From Candidatus Bathyarchaeota archaeon (GTDB lineage Archaea; Thermoproteota; Bathyarchaeia; Bathyarchaeales; Bathycorpusculaceae): DNA of 64,000 nt. Positions within the stretch are counted from its first letter, which is position 1. The number at the start of each line of letters is the position of its first letter. Below the pieces are notes generated by a model. The model saw only the letters and a program-made list of their open reading frames with translations. It had not been told where the DNA came from and ran no database searches. Of this stretch, positions 29,663 to 39,126 are shown piece by piece. A program made the position numbers and the translations under genes. The stretch is from assembly GCA_963832745.1 (NCBI GenBank), contig CAWHVC010000005.1, positions 416,001 through 480,000 on the forward strand, given 5' to 3'.

Positions 29663-29834
29663 GGGCCAATTACTTACCTGTTTAATGGTTTTTTAGGTTT
29701 AAAGTTGCTTTTGGGTCCACTTGTCTGTTATCCATTAAAACGCCTGTAAATTTCAAAATTTACATAGTGTAATTTAAAAAAATTAATATTTAAAACTTTA
29801 AAAATAACAATGTTAAATCAGCTATCGAACAAAA

Positions 29835-30338
29835 ATGAATCTCTTGAGAAGCAAAGAATTCTGGGCTGCCTTATCCATTGTCATCGTCACTGTTATTTTG
29901 ATGGCGACGATTTTACTGGACCTATTTAGCATAGGTTTCCGCTTGGGACCTTTCAGAGCAAATCATTGGCTTGTATGGATAGGAACCCTCTACATTGCAA
30001 TCGCAGTACCCACACTAGCTATTCTAAAAAAACGGCGACCACAGAAGTACCTGACGCTTTTCAGAATTCACGTTTTCGGAAACCTATTTGCATTCCTGCT
30101 GATTTCCCTGCATTTCGCTAGCCAAATCGGTCGACCAGCAACCGCCTATCCAGAGTTGGGAACAGGATTAGCCCTCTACATCGTCATGATTTTGCTTGTT
30201 GCAACCGGCTTCAACCACCGCTTCCAAATAATACCCCAAATAAAATCCACAACAAGACGTTTCATGCATGTTGCATTAGCCTTTTCATTTTACATTATAA
30301 TAGTTGTTCACATCTTGCATGGACTGGGAATAATTTAA
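29835..30338 (+). CDS. Membrane protein with His-containing TM helices (cytochrome b-like)
   Basis: Five TM helices; HWL, RIHVF, SLHFA, MHV, VVHILH. Confidence 0.65.
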   Translation: MNLLRSKEFWAALSIVIVTVILMATILLDLFSIGFRLGPFRANHWLVWIGTLYIAIAVPTLAILKKRRPQKYLTLFRIHVFGNLFAFLLISLHFASQIGRPATAYPELGTGLALYIVMILLVATGFNHRFQIIPQIKSTTRRFMHVALAFSFYIIIVVHILHGLGII

Positions 30339-30380
30339 CCTAAACCAGTTGGCATCTACAAGTTGCTAAATACCCTTGCT

Positions 30381-30438
30381 CACCAGTCTATTTCTAAACC
30401 GCAGAAACTTAAGAGCATGGTCTGTACTGGCTAAAAAA
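30381..30438 (+). repeat. Dispersed intergenic repeat, copy 4 (internally deleted)
   Basis: CACCAGTCTATTT (13/13 with copy 2)...GCAGAAACTTAAGA...GGTC...GGCTAAAAA. Confidence 0.6.
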
Positions 30439-30492
30439 ACAGTTCAAAAGTACGGTTAAAAAACATTAAAACCCTGAAATGTTAGATTGGAA

Positions 30493-30570
30493 TGGTGGGC
30501 CGAGCCGGATTTGAACCGGCGACCTTTCGATTATCAGTCGAACGCTCCAGCCGTGCTGAGCTACCGGCCC
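30493..30570 (-). tRNA. tRNA-Ile(GAT), CCA encoded
   Basis: GGGCCGGTAGCTCAG...TTCGA-CT-GAT-AA-TCGAA...GGTTCAAATCC...CGGCCCACCA; upstream TATA CTTATAAA. Confidence 0.96.
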
Positions 30571-31193
30571 ACTTTTTTGTGCGTGTCTGAAGTAAATATT
30601 AGTGTAGGTTTATAAGAATAACGGATAACGTTTTTTTCGTTTACCATGCTTTTATTTAGATAACGCTTTTTTCTTTAGTAGTTGTTGCTGAAAAAAGCCT
30701 TTGGCCAATAAACGTTTATTATCTAAAGAATTGGAGAACCTAAGAAAAGGCGACACTAGCTGCAATCAGTAAAACGCCGACAATAAAGAGAAAATTTTTT
30801 CACAAGTCTATAACTCCACTTGTGATTCTATCGTTAATTCTTGTTACAGTATGCAGGCTCGCTATATCGATGCTAATAGGGATTCTGGTACAGTCTTTAA
30901 GCCAAGAGTGTTAGCTATTTAAGGGTGCTTTTTTAAGTGCTTAACTGCTCGTGTGTAATTGTTTAATACTTTAGTTTTGTATAGATTAGAATTCTTATTG
31001 CTTGACTCTTCCATAGCGAAGATTTCTCTTCTTTTAGGTGCATTTAGCACTATCGCTTTATTGGCGATAAGCCTGGCGTCTCAAAAGCTTTCATAAAAGA
31101 GAAAACGGCGCCAACTAAATTTACTCGCGACTCTGTTAGCAGTTTTTAATTTTTGTTTCTTTGTGTGGATGTGGGGCTCTAAGTTTTTACACA

Positions 31194-31385
31194 CTACACT
31201 GGGGACTTTGGAACTGGTTGCTTTTTTGGTTTGGGCTGTTTTTCTGCTGTGGTTTGAGTGTGGGGAAAATATTTGCGTCTCACTGTAACGTGAAATCCAT
31301 GTTGGGATGTGGCAGTGTGGGTGTGGGATATGTTTGGTGTGGATGGGTAAACGGGCGGCAGACCTCTTTTTTCAACTAAATCCAT
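31194..31385 (-). CDS. Small hypothetical protein
   Basis: 63-aa ATG-started ORF; no recognised family. Confidence 0.3.
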   Translation of the reverse strand: MDLVEKRGLPPVYPSTPNISHTHTATSQHGFHVTVRRKYFPHTQTTAEKQPKPKKQPVPKSPV

Positions 31386-31615
31386 CGTGTCCGTGCAATA
31401 GGATTAGAGAGGCAAACTCGTCAGATACGTTTTGGGTTTTTCGCAGAGCAAGCAATAATTGTTTACTTTATTTCTACACGTGAAAAAACATACAAACGAC
31501 AAACGGTAAAGGCAAATAGGCAAACAAGAAACCATGCTTCACCTTGAAGATGGATTTAATAGGGATTACCATAAATCTTTATGTGCCACACCATTATTGT
31601 CTTTTCAGGAATCAG

Positions 31616-31635
31616 GGGCTCGTAGCCTAGCACGG
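31616..31635 (+). repeat. attL-like 20-bp direct repeat identical to the first 20 nt of tRNA-Arg(TCG)
   Basis: GGGCTCGTAGCCTAGCACGG identical to 37129-37148. Confidence 0.92.
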
Positions 31636-31820
31636 CATAACGTCGAAGTGGTGACATCACCTTCAAGTTTTCTCTCAGCGAAACGCAGCTTCCCTTTTTT
31701 CGCGGGTGAAGCCGCCTAGTCCTCTAAAACATTATTCTTTACAAAGTCGTTTGGTTCCTTTTTGGTTTAAGACTCAAAGAGTCTAACTTCCAATGGGTTG
31801 AAATCTAAGAAAACTTAAAC

Positions 31821-32330
31821 TTATGATGCAGTGGCTCTCCAGCCGATTTTTTTCTCATTATCAAGAACTGACTCTGACTTGATAAATTTGACAAGTTCAA
31901 TCTTACCATTTTCCAGGTATATACACCAAACTTCTTTGATCCAATGACTGCAAAAATCGTTAAATAGCATCGACCAAACTCTTCCAATAGGAGTATCACC
32001 GCACTCAATTGCTATCTTCAGTGTCTTAGAACTGACATCAATGAAGTAATTTTCAAATGCAATATCCGCTGCCCCTAATTTACAAAGTAGAACGCTGCCC
32101 AACTTCTTCAGGGCGCGATGTGTCTCATTTTCACTTCCAGACTTATTCGGCAAGTCAACAAAAGATAATTCTTCTTTGATCTCTACCATTTCTATTTCTA
32201 TACCTGCTTCTCTAAACTTTTTGAAGTCCTCTTCATCAGCTAGGTATGGAAAGTTTGTGTAAAGTACCAGACATGACCCCCCAGACTTGTATTAATAATA
32301 TGACCTCTTATGCCTCTTTTGCTTTTCCAT
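31821..32330 (-). pseudogene. PD-(D/E)xK-like nuclease-fold hypothetical; the upstream ATG at 32330 is followed by an in-frame TAA (32294-32292)
   Basis: ETHRALK...E...IDV...IAIECGDT; frame is continuous apart from one stop. Confidence 0.4.
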
Positions 32331-32407
32331 GTAGTGCTTTTTAATGGCTATTCCATCGGGCGATTAGTTTGCATTCCGTTGGCAACATCGCTAATTCTGC
32401 TAGATGC

Positions 32408-33313
32408 TTAAAACTTAACTGATTCATTTTTCTTCTCTCTTAGGTTTAGCTTGACTATACCCTTTTCACTTACCTCGCACTTGGCTCGTTCAATAGCTAT
32501 TAATTCCACAAATTTTAGTGGATAAAGACGATCTAACCCTAATCTGATGAAAAGTGCTCCATTGTCACTATAAGATCTCGCTTGCCAACTTATAGTTTGT
32601 TTGTTGAAGACAAAAGTCTCTTTAGGAAAACCACCTAATGGTGAAACTATTCCTAATTTGTATTTTCCAACATTGAGAACTGCTTCAATAGCGGGTGATT
32701 TTGGCTGGGTATTATTCCACTCAAGTTTCATATCCTTTGAGCCCCGATGGAAATATAAGAAGTCAGGTATGGTGGGAAAAATAAGGTCAGGCAAGGCTCC
32801 TGTTTCTGCCGCTTTTTCAATGGCTTCAACAATCTTTTCACTTGTGAACATTCCAGTAACAGTCGGAATTTGTGTTTTAGCGGAAACTTCCTTTCCAATA
32901 ATACTTCGTTCTGCTAGGGCTATTTCATGACCAAGATCTCTAAAGAGAAAATCATTGCAGTATTGAGTTTGCCCTGGCTTAAACCACTCAATTGGAAGAC
33001 GCATGCTGTATCCTAAAGTCAGAAGGTTAGGTTCCTCTTGCTTTGTAATAACTTTTGTTTTGCATATGTCGGGAATAATCGTTTCATTTTGGAAAGTCTG
33101 ACTTATTAGAGAAATGCCTTCGTTGATTTGTTTCTCGTCTAGAGTCGCTGTCCCGAGTTTTGGAAGAACGTCTTCAACATCCTCAATTTCAGTTCCTCTG
33201 CCTCTTTTGTGAAATCTTGCCAAATCAATCGACAAATTTTCGCAATCTTTCTCGATTATTCGGCAATTCTGCAGAAAAACAGGGGGTACCAGGAGAGTAT
33301 CAGGTTTTTCCAA
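32408..33313 (-). CDS. Hypothetical protein, possibly HK97-fold (capsid/encapsulin-like)
   Basis: LGYSMRLPIEW...LGHEIALAERSII...EKIVEAI...PDLIF...IVSP..FPKETFVF...AIERAKCEV...IVKL pattern. Confidence 0.5.
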   Translation of the reverse strand: MEKPDTLLVPPVFLQNCRIIEKDCENLSIDLARFHKRGRGTEIEDVEDVLPKLGTATLDEKQINEGISLISQTFQNETIIPDICKTKVITKQEEPNLLTLGYSMRLPIEWFKPGQTQYCNDFLFRDLGHEIALAERSIIGKEVSAKTQIPTVTGMFTSEKIVEAIEKAAETGALPDLIFPTIPDFLYFHRGSKDMKLEWNNTQPKSPAIEAVLNVGKYKLGIVSPLGGFPKETFVFNKQTISWQARSYSDNGALFIRLGLDRLYPLKFVELIAIERAKCEVSEKGIVKLNLREKKNESVKF

Positions 33314-33436
33314 TTCTTCCTTGAATTTCTTCTGATTTTTGTTAGTTTTTAAACAATGTTTTTATTATAGTTTTAAATGATAGTATTATATCCTAAAATA
33401 AGAGATATATAGTATAATAGATTAAGGGAAAGAATA

Positions 33437-34513
33437 ATGGAAAAAATTGAAGCCCCAACTCATCGCATACTCGATACAATCTCTGCATTTTTAGGGGAAC
33501 CTTTGTCAATCAATCAATTGACTGAAAAAATTAAAGAGAAGTATGGAACCGCCCATTATTCTAATACTTATAAAAAAATTAAGGAATTAGAAACTATTGG
33601 CGCGCTAACTATTGATTCGTACGGAAATTCTTGCATAATTAAGCCCAACTTTGATAATGAAATAATAATTGACTTGCTTTCCCAGATTGAAATAGAAAGA
33701 AAAATATGTTTTCTAAAAGAAAAAAATGAGTTCTCAAACATCTTTTCAACTCTAAGAAAGCAAATTGACGATATCTGTTCTATAAAGTCAATTAGTTCTA
33801 TTGATTCTGAAAAAAACTCTGAGCTTAACAGGCTGGAATTACTTTTCTTAACAAGAGATCCTAAGGATCACAGGGAACATAGGGCTACAACTTGTGAGCT
33901 TTATAAGAGGACAAAAGAAATTCAAGAACAATATAATCTGCGGATAGATAGTTTAATCCTTAATGAAAGCGACTTTTCCTTTTTCATAAGCTCAAAAGAA
34001 ATCAACCCATTAAGAGAAGTCATCAGAAGAGAGATAACAATTTTCTGCCCACAAGCTTATTGGAGTAAAATTAAAGAGATATCTGAAAAATCTGAAATAT
34101 TGAGCATAAAAACAGAAACCACGCCCTATAACATTTTGGAAGATGATCTTACCTATAATCTAAATCGCTTTGGGTATAAGGAATTTGGCACTAAAATGTC
34201 TCAGGGGAAAAAATACTGTATTGAATATATCATAATCAGTTTGCTGCAGTCAAATGAAATTCGGCGATTGGAAGCAATTCCGATAATTCTATCAAAGAAT
34301 TCCTTCAAACCTAATTTGTTAACGTTCTTAGCCCAAAAATACAATGCATCAGCCAAACTTTTAGGGATACTGAGAACTTTACGAAATATAAGATCAAGTG
34401 ACATCATTGAAGAAACGTTCAACTTTATTGAAGCTTTGACTGATACGGAAGAAGCGTTAATTGATGAAGAGAGTACAATTAGAAATTTGAGGTTATACAA
34501 TGTCCTCCACTGA
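33437..34513 (+). CDS. wHTH-containing protein, putative antitoxin/regulator partner of the downstream nucleotidyltransferase
   Basis: N-terminal LSINQLTEKI...YSNTYKKIKELE..G wHTH; overlaps the next gene. Confidence 0.7.
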   Translation: MEKIEAPTHRILDTISAFLGEPLSINQLTEKIKEKYGTAHYSNTYKKIKELETIGALTIDSYGNSCIIKPNFDNEIIIDLLSQIEIERKICFLKEKNEFSNIFSTLRKQIDDICSIKSISSIDSEKNSELNRLELLFLTRDPKDHREHRATTCELYKRTKEIQEQYNLRIDSLILNESDFSFFISSKEINPLREVIRREITIFCPQAYWSKIKEISEKSEILSIKTETTPYNILEDDLTYNLNRFGYKEFGTKMSQGKKYCIEYIIISLLQSNEIRRLEAIPIILSKNSFKPNLLTFLAQKYNASAKLLGILRTLRNIRSSDIIEETFNFIEALTDTEEALIDEESTIRNLRLYNVLH

Positions 34514-35042
34514 GTTGAATAAACAGGTCTTGTTTAACCTCTTGAAATATTTTGACCAAGAGGCTAAGCAGAAAATAACTTTGATAGCAGTTGGAGGAAC
34601 AGCAATGACACTTCTGGATTTGAAGGTCTCCACAATGGACATCGATTTTACGCTTCCAAGCAACGATAAAGCCGAATTTGATAGAGTTAGAAACGTAGTA
34701 CCTCATGGTTTCAAAATAGATGTGTATACTGATGGGGATGTTTTCTGCAATAGATTGCCAAACGATTATCTTGAGAGGAGCACAGAAATAGCTAACTTCA
34801 ATAAGATATCTCTAAGAGCGCTGTATCCTGTTGACATAGTGGTTACAAAAATAGGAAGACTAAACCCAAGAGACATACAAGACATCGAATCCTGTATCAG
34901 CCGATGCAAAATCAAGAAAGAAGACATACTGAAGCGAGCATCAGAGATGATATATGTCGGTCGAGAAGAAGATTATAAATATCATCTTCAGTGGACCACA
35001 CAAAAGTTCTATACAGGATCTTCTAAGACGAACACTAAATGA
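34500..35042 (+). CDS. DUF6036/AbiEii-like nucleotidyltransferase
   Basis: LIAVGGTAM...STMDIDF, DIVVTKIGR...RDIQDI. Confidence 0.8.
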   Translation: MSSTELNKQVLFNLLKYFDQEAKQKITLIAVGGTAMTLLDLKVSTMDIDFTLPSNDKAEFDRVRNVVPHGFKIDVYTDGDVFCNRLPNDYLERSTEIANFNKISLRALYPVDIVVTKIGRLNPRDIQDIESCISRCKIKKEDILKRASEMIYVGREEDYKYHLQWTTQKFYTGSSKTNTK

Positions 35043-35169
35043 CTTCTAGAATAAAATCCCTGATGTCAAATATGCTATCAGGGAGTATAGCAATTTTTTT
35101 CTGTGCTATATGTTAAAGCATAAATGGTTACTCTATAGAATTGTAGAAAAATAGGAGGGGTACTCCAAC

Positions 35170-35290
35170 GTGAAGGCTGACTTGATTCGTCGACGTCGTC
35201 GCATGCTTACGCTTTTAGGGTTAGGTAACAGCCTACAGTCCGTAGTTTCGGCGCTTTCTAAAGAGTTCAATTGTAAGGAAGTCACCCTAC
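35170..35290 (+). pseudogene. Truncated HTH fragment (possible terminase small-subunit-like N-terminus)
   Basis: SD GGAGGGG then MKADLIRRRRRMLTLLGLGNSLQSVVSALSKEFNCKEVTL, after which it runs into a convergent ORF. Confidence 0.35.
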
Positions 35291-35557
35291 GTCTGTGCAG
35301 ATATCTATTGTTTCTCGATGGTGGAGTAGACCGCATTTGGGGCATATTTTATGTTTGGTTTTGTTTAGTGCTTGGAGTTGTAGGTATTGGCTGTCTAGCA
35401 TGTAGACTTCACCAAGTGGTTGGTGTCTGTATCCATAGATGGGTACGGGTGTTAGTATGGGTAGGAGTTCTTTGTCGGATAGGATGCTGAAGATTTTTGT
35501 TAGCAGTTCAGCGGCTTCCTCGCGGTTTAAGCCTAAGACTCTTTGTGACCAAATCAT
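35282..35557 (-). CDS. Small zinc-finger protein
   Basis: C-terminal CPKCGLLH...C. Confidence 0.5.
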   Translation of the reverse strand: MIWSQRVLGLNREEAAELLTKIFSILSDKELLPILTPVPIYGYRHQPLGEVYMLDSQYLQLQALNKTKHKICPKCGLLHHRETIDICTDVG

Positions 35558-35579
35558 CAGTCGGCTTCTGGGCCGTAAT

Positions 35580-35636
35580 AACGTTACCGTTAGCAGAGGT
35601 TTTAGTCGATTTCACCCATCCGCTAACGTTAACGTT
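35580..35636. promoter_or_regulatory. 15-bp inverted repeat between divergent element genes
   Basis: AACGTTACCGTTAGC (35580-35594) / GCTAACGTTAACGTT (35622-35636), 14/15 complementary. Confidence 0.55.
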
Positions 35637-35645
35637 GGGGCGCCC

Positions 35646-37029
35646 CTAAATGATCCTCAACTAAACGCAAACATAACCACACCCAAGGATAGCCAAGATA
35701 CCCACAGAGAAACTGTTCAATGCCCAGACTGCAGCAGCTTTAAGGTGTTTAAAAACGGCTTTGCCATAGCGATTTTGGCGTAAAAATTCAGCGCTACCTT
35801 TGCCGGTCATGTGGCCGCCGATTCTCAGACCCAAACGACCTAAAACAGGCTAAACAAGCTGCTGAAACCAATCTTTTGACGGTGAACTTAAAAGTCACAG
35901 GTGCTAATATCGAAAATAGCCAAGTATGCGTCTTAAAGGAAGAGGCGAAAAACTTGACCCGTGAAACGTCTGAACAATTCAGCGTTTCGCAGAGAGAAAA
36001 ACAAAACAAACCTTACAGTGAATGCATCGTTAAAGCGGACATAGACCTAGTGATCGCAGACTACAGGCAGTACATCCAGAAAGAACATCTCGTAAGCGAC
36101 ATTGCCCTAAGCAAATACGTTTTCAGACTCAGATGGCTATGCCAAAAAAATTGGAGTTAACCTCTTTGACCCTGAAGACTTCAAACGCAAACTAGCATTT
36201 GATCCAGAACTAAGCACTAAATCCAATTGCAACAAAAACAGCATCTGCAAAGCATACATCAGCTTCATAAAAAAATACCTGCAGATGGAAAACGTTAGGA
36301 TACCTCGCTTTGAATACAAAACCCCAGAGTATAACCTGCCGCTGACTGAACACATGGAAATACTCTACGCGGCATTAAGCTTTCAAATGCAAGTCTTCTG
36401 CTTTGTACTAATGGCAACTGCTGCAAGACCCATCGAAGCTTTAAGAATCGAATGGAAAGACATCGACTTCGCAAGAAAAACAATCGCCATAAACAAACCA
36501 GCTAAACACGGGCGAACAAGAACTAGTCCAACTAAAAGGCCGATTCGTCAAAGTCATCGACATGCTCTCAGAACTGAAAAACCGACAACTCAACATCGCT
36601 ACCTGCCGAAACCGAAAACAAAGAAACCTAAACCTTGTCTTCACATACAGCGGCGTAGATACAGCTGGACAAAACTTTAGGCGAGCAAGAGAAGCAGCAG
36701 CTAAACGTTTAGGCATACCAGAACTAGAAAAAATTACCTTTTATAGCAACCGACACTGGCGAGCAGTGCTTGAACGATACCTAAAAGGCAACTCGGACGC
36801 AGTCGCAAACCTACTAGGCGAAAACTCGGACAAATACGTCAAAGTTTACGCTCCAATATCTGAGCGACTCTATGGCAGCGACAAAGAATGGGAACCCATC
36901 GAAATCTGTGAAACCGATCCCGACTACAGCGAAAAGATGAGCCGCTACGGCGCTGAAGGCTACCAAGAATACAACTACAACCGAACAACAGGCAGGCACT
37001 ATTTACGCAAGGAGAAAAACGCATGGTAA
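35646..37029 (+). pseudogene. Tyrosine recombinase/integrase with N-terminal zinc ribbon; three frameshifts (~35763, ~36147, ~36521)
   Basis: Reconstructed CPDCSS..FKNG...QRYLCRSCGRRF; box I TAARPIEALRIEWKDIDF; KHGRTR; box II YSNRHW; LLGE...VYA. Confidence 0.88.
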
Positions 37030-37128
37030 TGCAAGCGACAGTTTGTAGTGGTTCCAGCCAAAAAAACAAAATAACCCATATTAGTCAGATGCGGAAATGT
37101 AAGTATTCCATCCAGAAAGTATGTAGAA

Positions 37129-37204
37129 GGGCTCGTAGCCTAGCACGGATTAAGGTGTCGGCCTTCGGAGCCGGAGATCGTGGGTTCAAATCCCACCGGG
37201 CCCG
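37129..37204 (+). tRNA. tRNA-Arg(TCG)
   Basis: GGGCTCG acceptor/CGGGCCC, anticodon arm TCGGC-CT-TCG-GA-GCCGG, T-arm GTGGG-TTCAAAT-CCCAC. Confidence 0.95.
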
Positions 37205-38169
37205 CTCTCATATGTCCGAAAAGGTACTGACTTTTTTTCTGTTTTAGCTTCTGTTTTTCCGAGCGGACGCTCGATATACTTCTACACATACCTCGACAGT
37301 TCAAGATTGTAGAGACGGTGTTTTTGGGTGCAACGCTGTAGTGAGTCGACTTTGCCTCGCATGAAAACAATCAACCGCATAGCACTCTCCGCTGCATGTG
37401 AAAACTTTAGCTGATCCAGAGGCGCTAAATTTTGGCTGAACAACCGATATAAGTGTAACTTTGGGCATTTCAAAGTCCAAAATCAAATTTGATTTCACTA
37501 CCGTACCAACTGCGTCCCACCCATCCTCTAGGGCATTAAAGTCAAAATGTACCCTGCCATGATAGGGCGTCCGTGGCTGGAGCAAACAACATGTCGATTA
37601 CTATGTAAAAAAGATAGAAAAATAGGCCGAATACACAGATTAAAACGAAGTAACTTTGTCGATGACGAGTGTACCGAGAAAGGTGCAAAACGTTCTCAAA
37701 TCATGTGAAGACGTCCTCTTCAACAGCGGCGTCTTTCACTGCATGGTGTTTCTTCAATTTCCCAGTATTGCGAGAGGGTTCTACCCACTGGCTGATTTTA
37801 GGCGGATATAGATGAGTATTGGATGGCACTTTTGGGGTTGGAACAAGGTGTCAAAATGAGGTATACGATGACTTCTTGGATTGTTCATGTGGAAACGTTG
37901 GATGGTCGTAGTCCTGGGGAACTGGTGACGATGGGGTAGAATTTGGCTTTACCGGGTTGCTAATGGCGTACCCAATAAGTATGGTTGTGTGTTGGGTGAG
38001 GGGAGATTAACAAGGTCATGAATTGGAGTTTGATGACCCAGCGGCGAAATTTTGATCAACAATAAGGGCTTAACCAAATTGTAAAACTGATTTAAGCGTA
38101 ATTTAAAAAAATTTTAAATAGTTAATTATCAGAACTCTGCCTCAGGTTGGTTCCACGCTAAACTATAAT

Positions 38170-38966
38170 CACGAAACGACGCAATCATTGCTGAAAATTG
38201 GTTTACAAAATAATTTTAGACTAAAATTTACTTGGCGAGTCTACAGGTGGCAAACTTGACCTAAAGGTTATTTCAAGCATATCCAAAATTGCAAAAGAAG
38301 AATGTTTATCGTTCGTTACCAACTTTGCAGAAATAGGTCTAATTACCAAATGGATTTGTTTTCCAGAATTATTTGAGGCAACTCCCCTAAAAAAGGGAGA
38401 ACGCAATTGTTAAGACTTAAAAAAAAAAAATGATCAGAATCAAGAGAAGAATCAGACGTTTTTTTAAAAAAATTCGATGAAAAAATAAACAATTATGGAA
38501 AAAACTTTGGCGAATATACAATTAAATTTCTTTCTAAAAGTAATTCTGCTGACGCGAATTTTACTAGGGATACTCAAAATTCTGTCTGATTTACAGCTAC
38601 ATACTAAATTTCGTTCATTTAGCAAATAATTTAAAGTATGAATTAATATGGCGAGAAATGTACTTGGCGCTCAAGAGAGGCGTAAAATACAAAATGCTTC
38701 TTGATCTACCAAAAAATAAACCCTTGTTAAAAGACGTGTCTTTTAATCTTAAATACCCCGCTAAAATAATTGGTCACTAGAATTTCGAATATCGATATAC
38801 AGCATTAATTCCTGGAGCAATATTTGCTTTGTATGATGAAAAGCATTCAGCAATATGGTCTATTTCGGAGCAGTTTTATTTAGAGCCTGTGATCTTGACG
38901 AATTATCCTTCGTTAATTAACTTGACTAAGGTCACTTTCTTTTCGCTTTGGGAAAATCACAGATGA
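38170..38966 (+). pseudogene. TrmB-family regulator pseudogene (multiple stops and frameshifts)
   Basis: Fragments LLKIGL...KIYLA...KLDLKVISSISKIAK...VYRSL...GLITKWICFPELFEATPLKKG...IFALYDEK...LW parallel the 61109 and 62131 proteins. Confidence 0.7.
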
Positions 38967-39048
38967 CTTAATAGATTCATAAAAAAGGTCAAGGTATTTT
39001 TTCTTTTTTTGGGCCAATTTTAGTCCAGACATATTGAACTGTTTTTAG

Positions 39049-39079
39049 TGGTGGAACCCACCATCTACGCTCTTATATT
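39049..39079 (+). promoter_or_regulatory. Palindrome TGGTGG-AAC-CCACCA directly upstream of a TATA box (CTTATATT)
   Basis: Perfect 6-3-6 inverted repeat ~9 nt before the TATA of the beta-propeller gene. Confidence 0.5.
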
Positions 39080-39126
39080 AACCAAAAAAGCGCCTTGAAA
39101 GAGCATTCAAAAAATGGAGTTAACAT

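Larger units (their letters stand above)
31616..37148. mobile_element. ~5.5-kb integrated element inserted at the 5' end of tRNA-Arg
   Basis: 20-bp direct repeats, tyrosine integrase pseudogene next to the tRNA, AT-rich cargo. Confidence 0.88.

Noticed and set aside
30493-30570. tRNA-Ile as an integration site
   Set aside because: No duplicated tRNA-Ile fragment seen in the window; the att repeats match tRNA-Arg.
37210-38100. Gene remnants right after tRNA-Arg
   Set aside because: All frames are interrupted and I could not assign a family.
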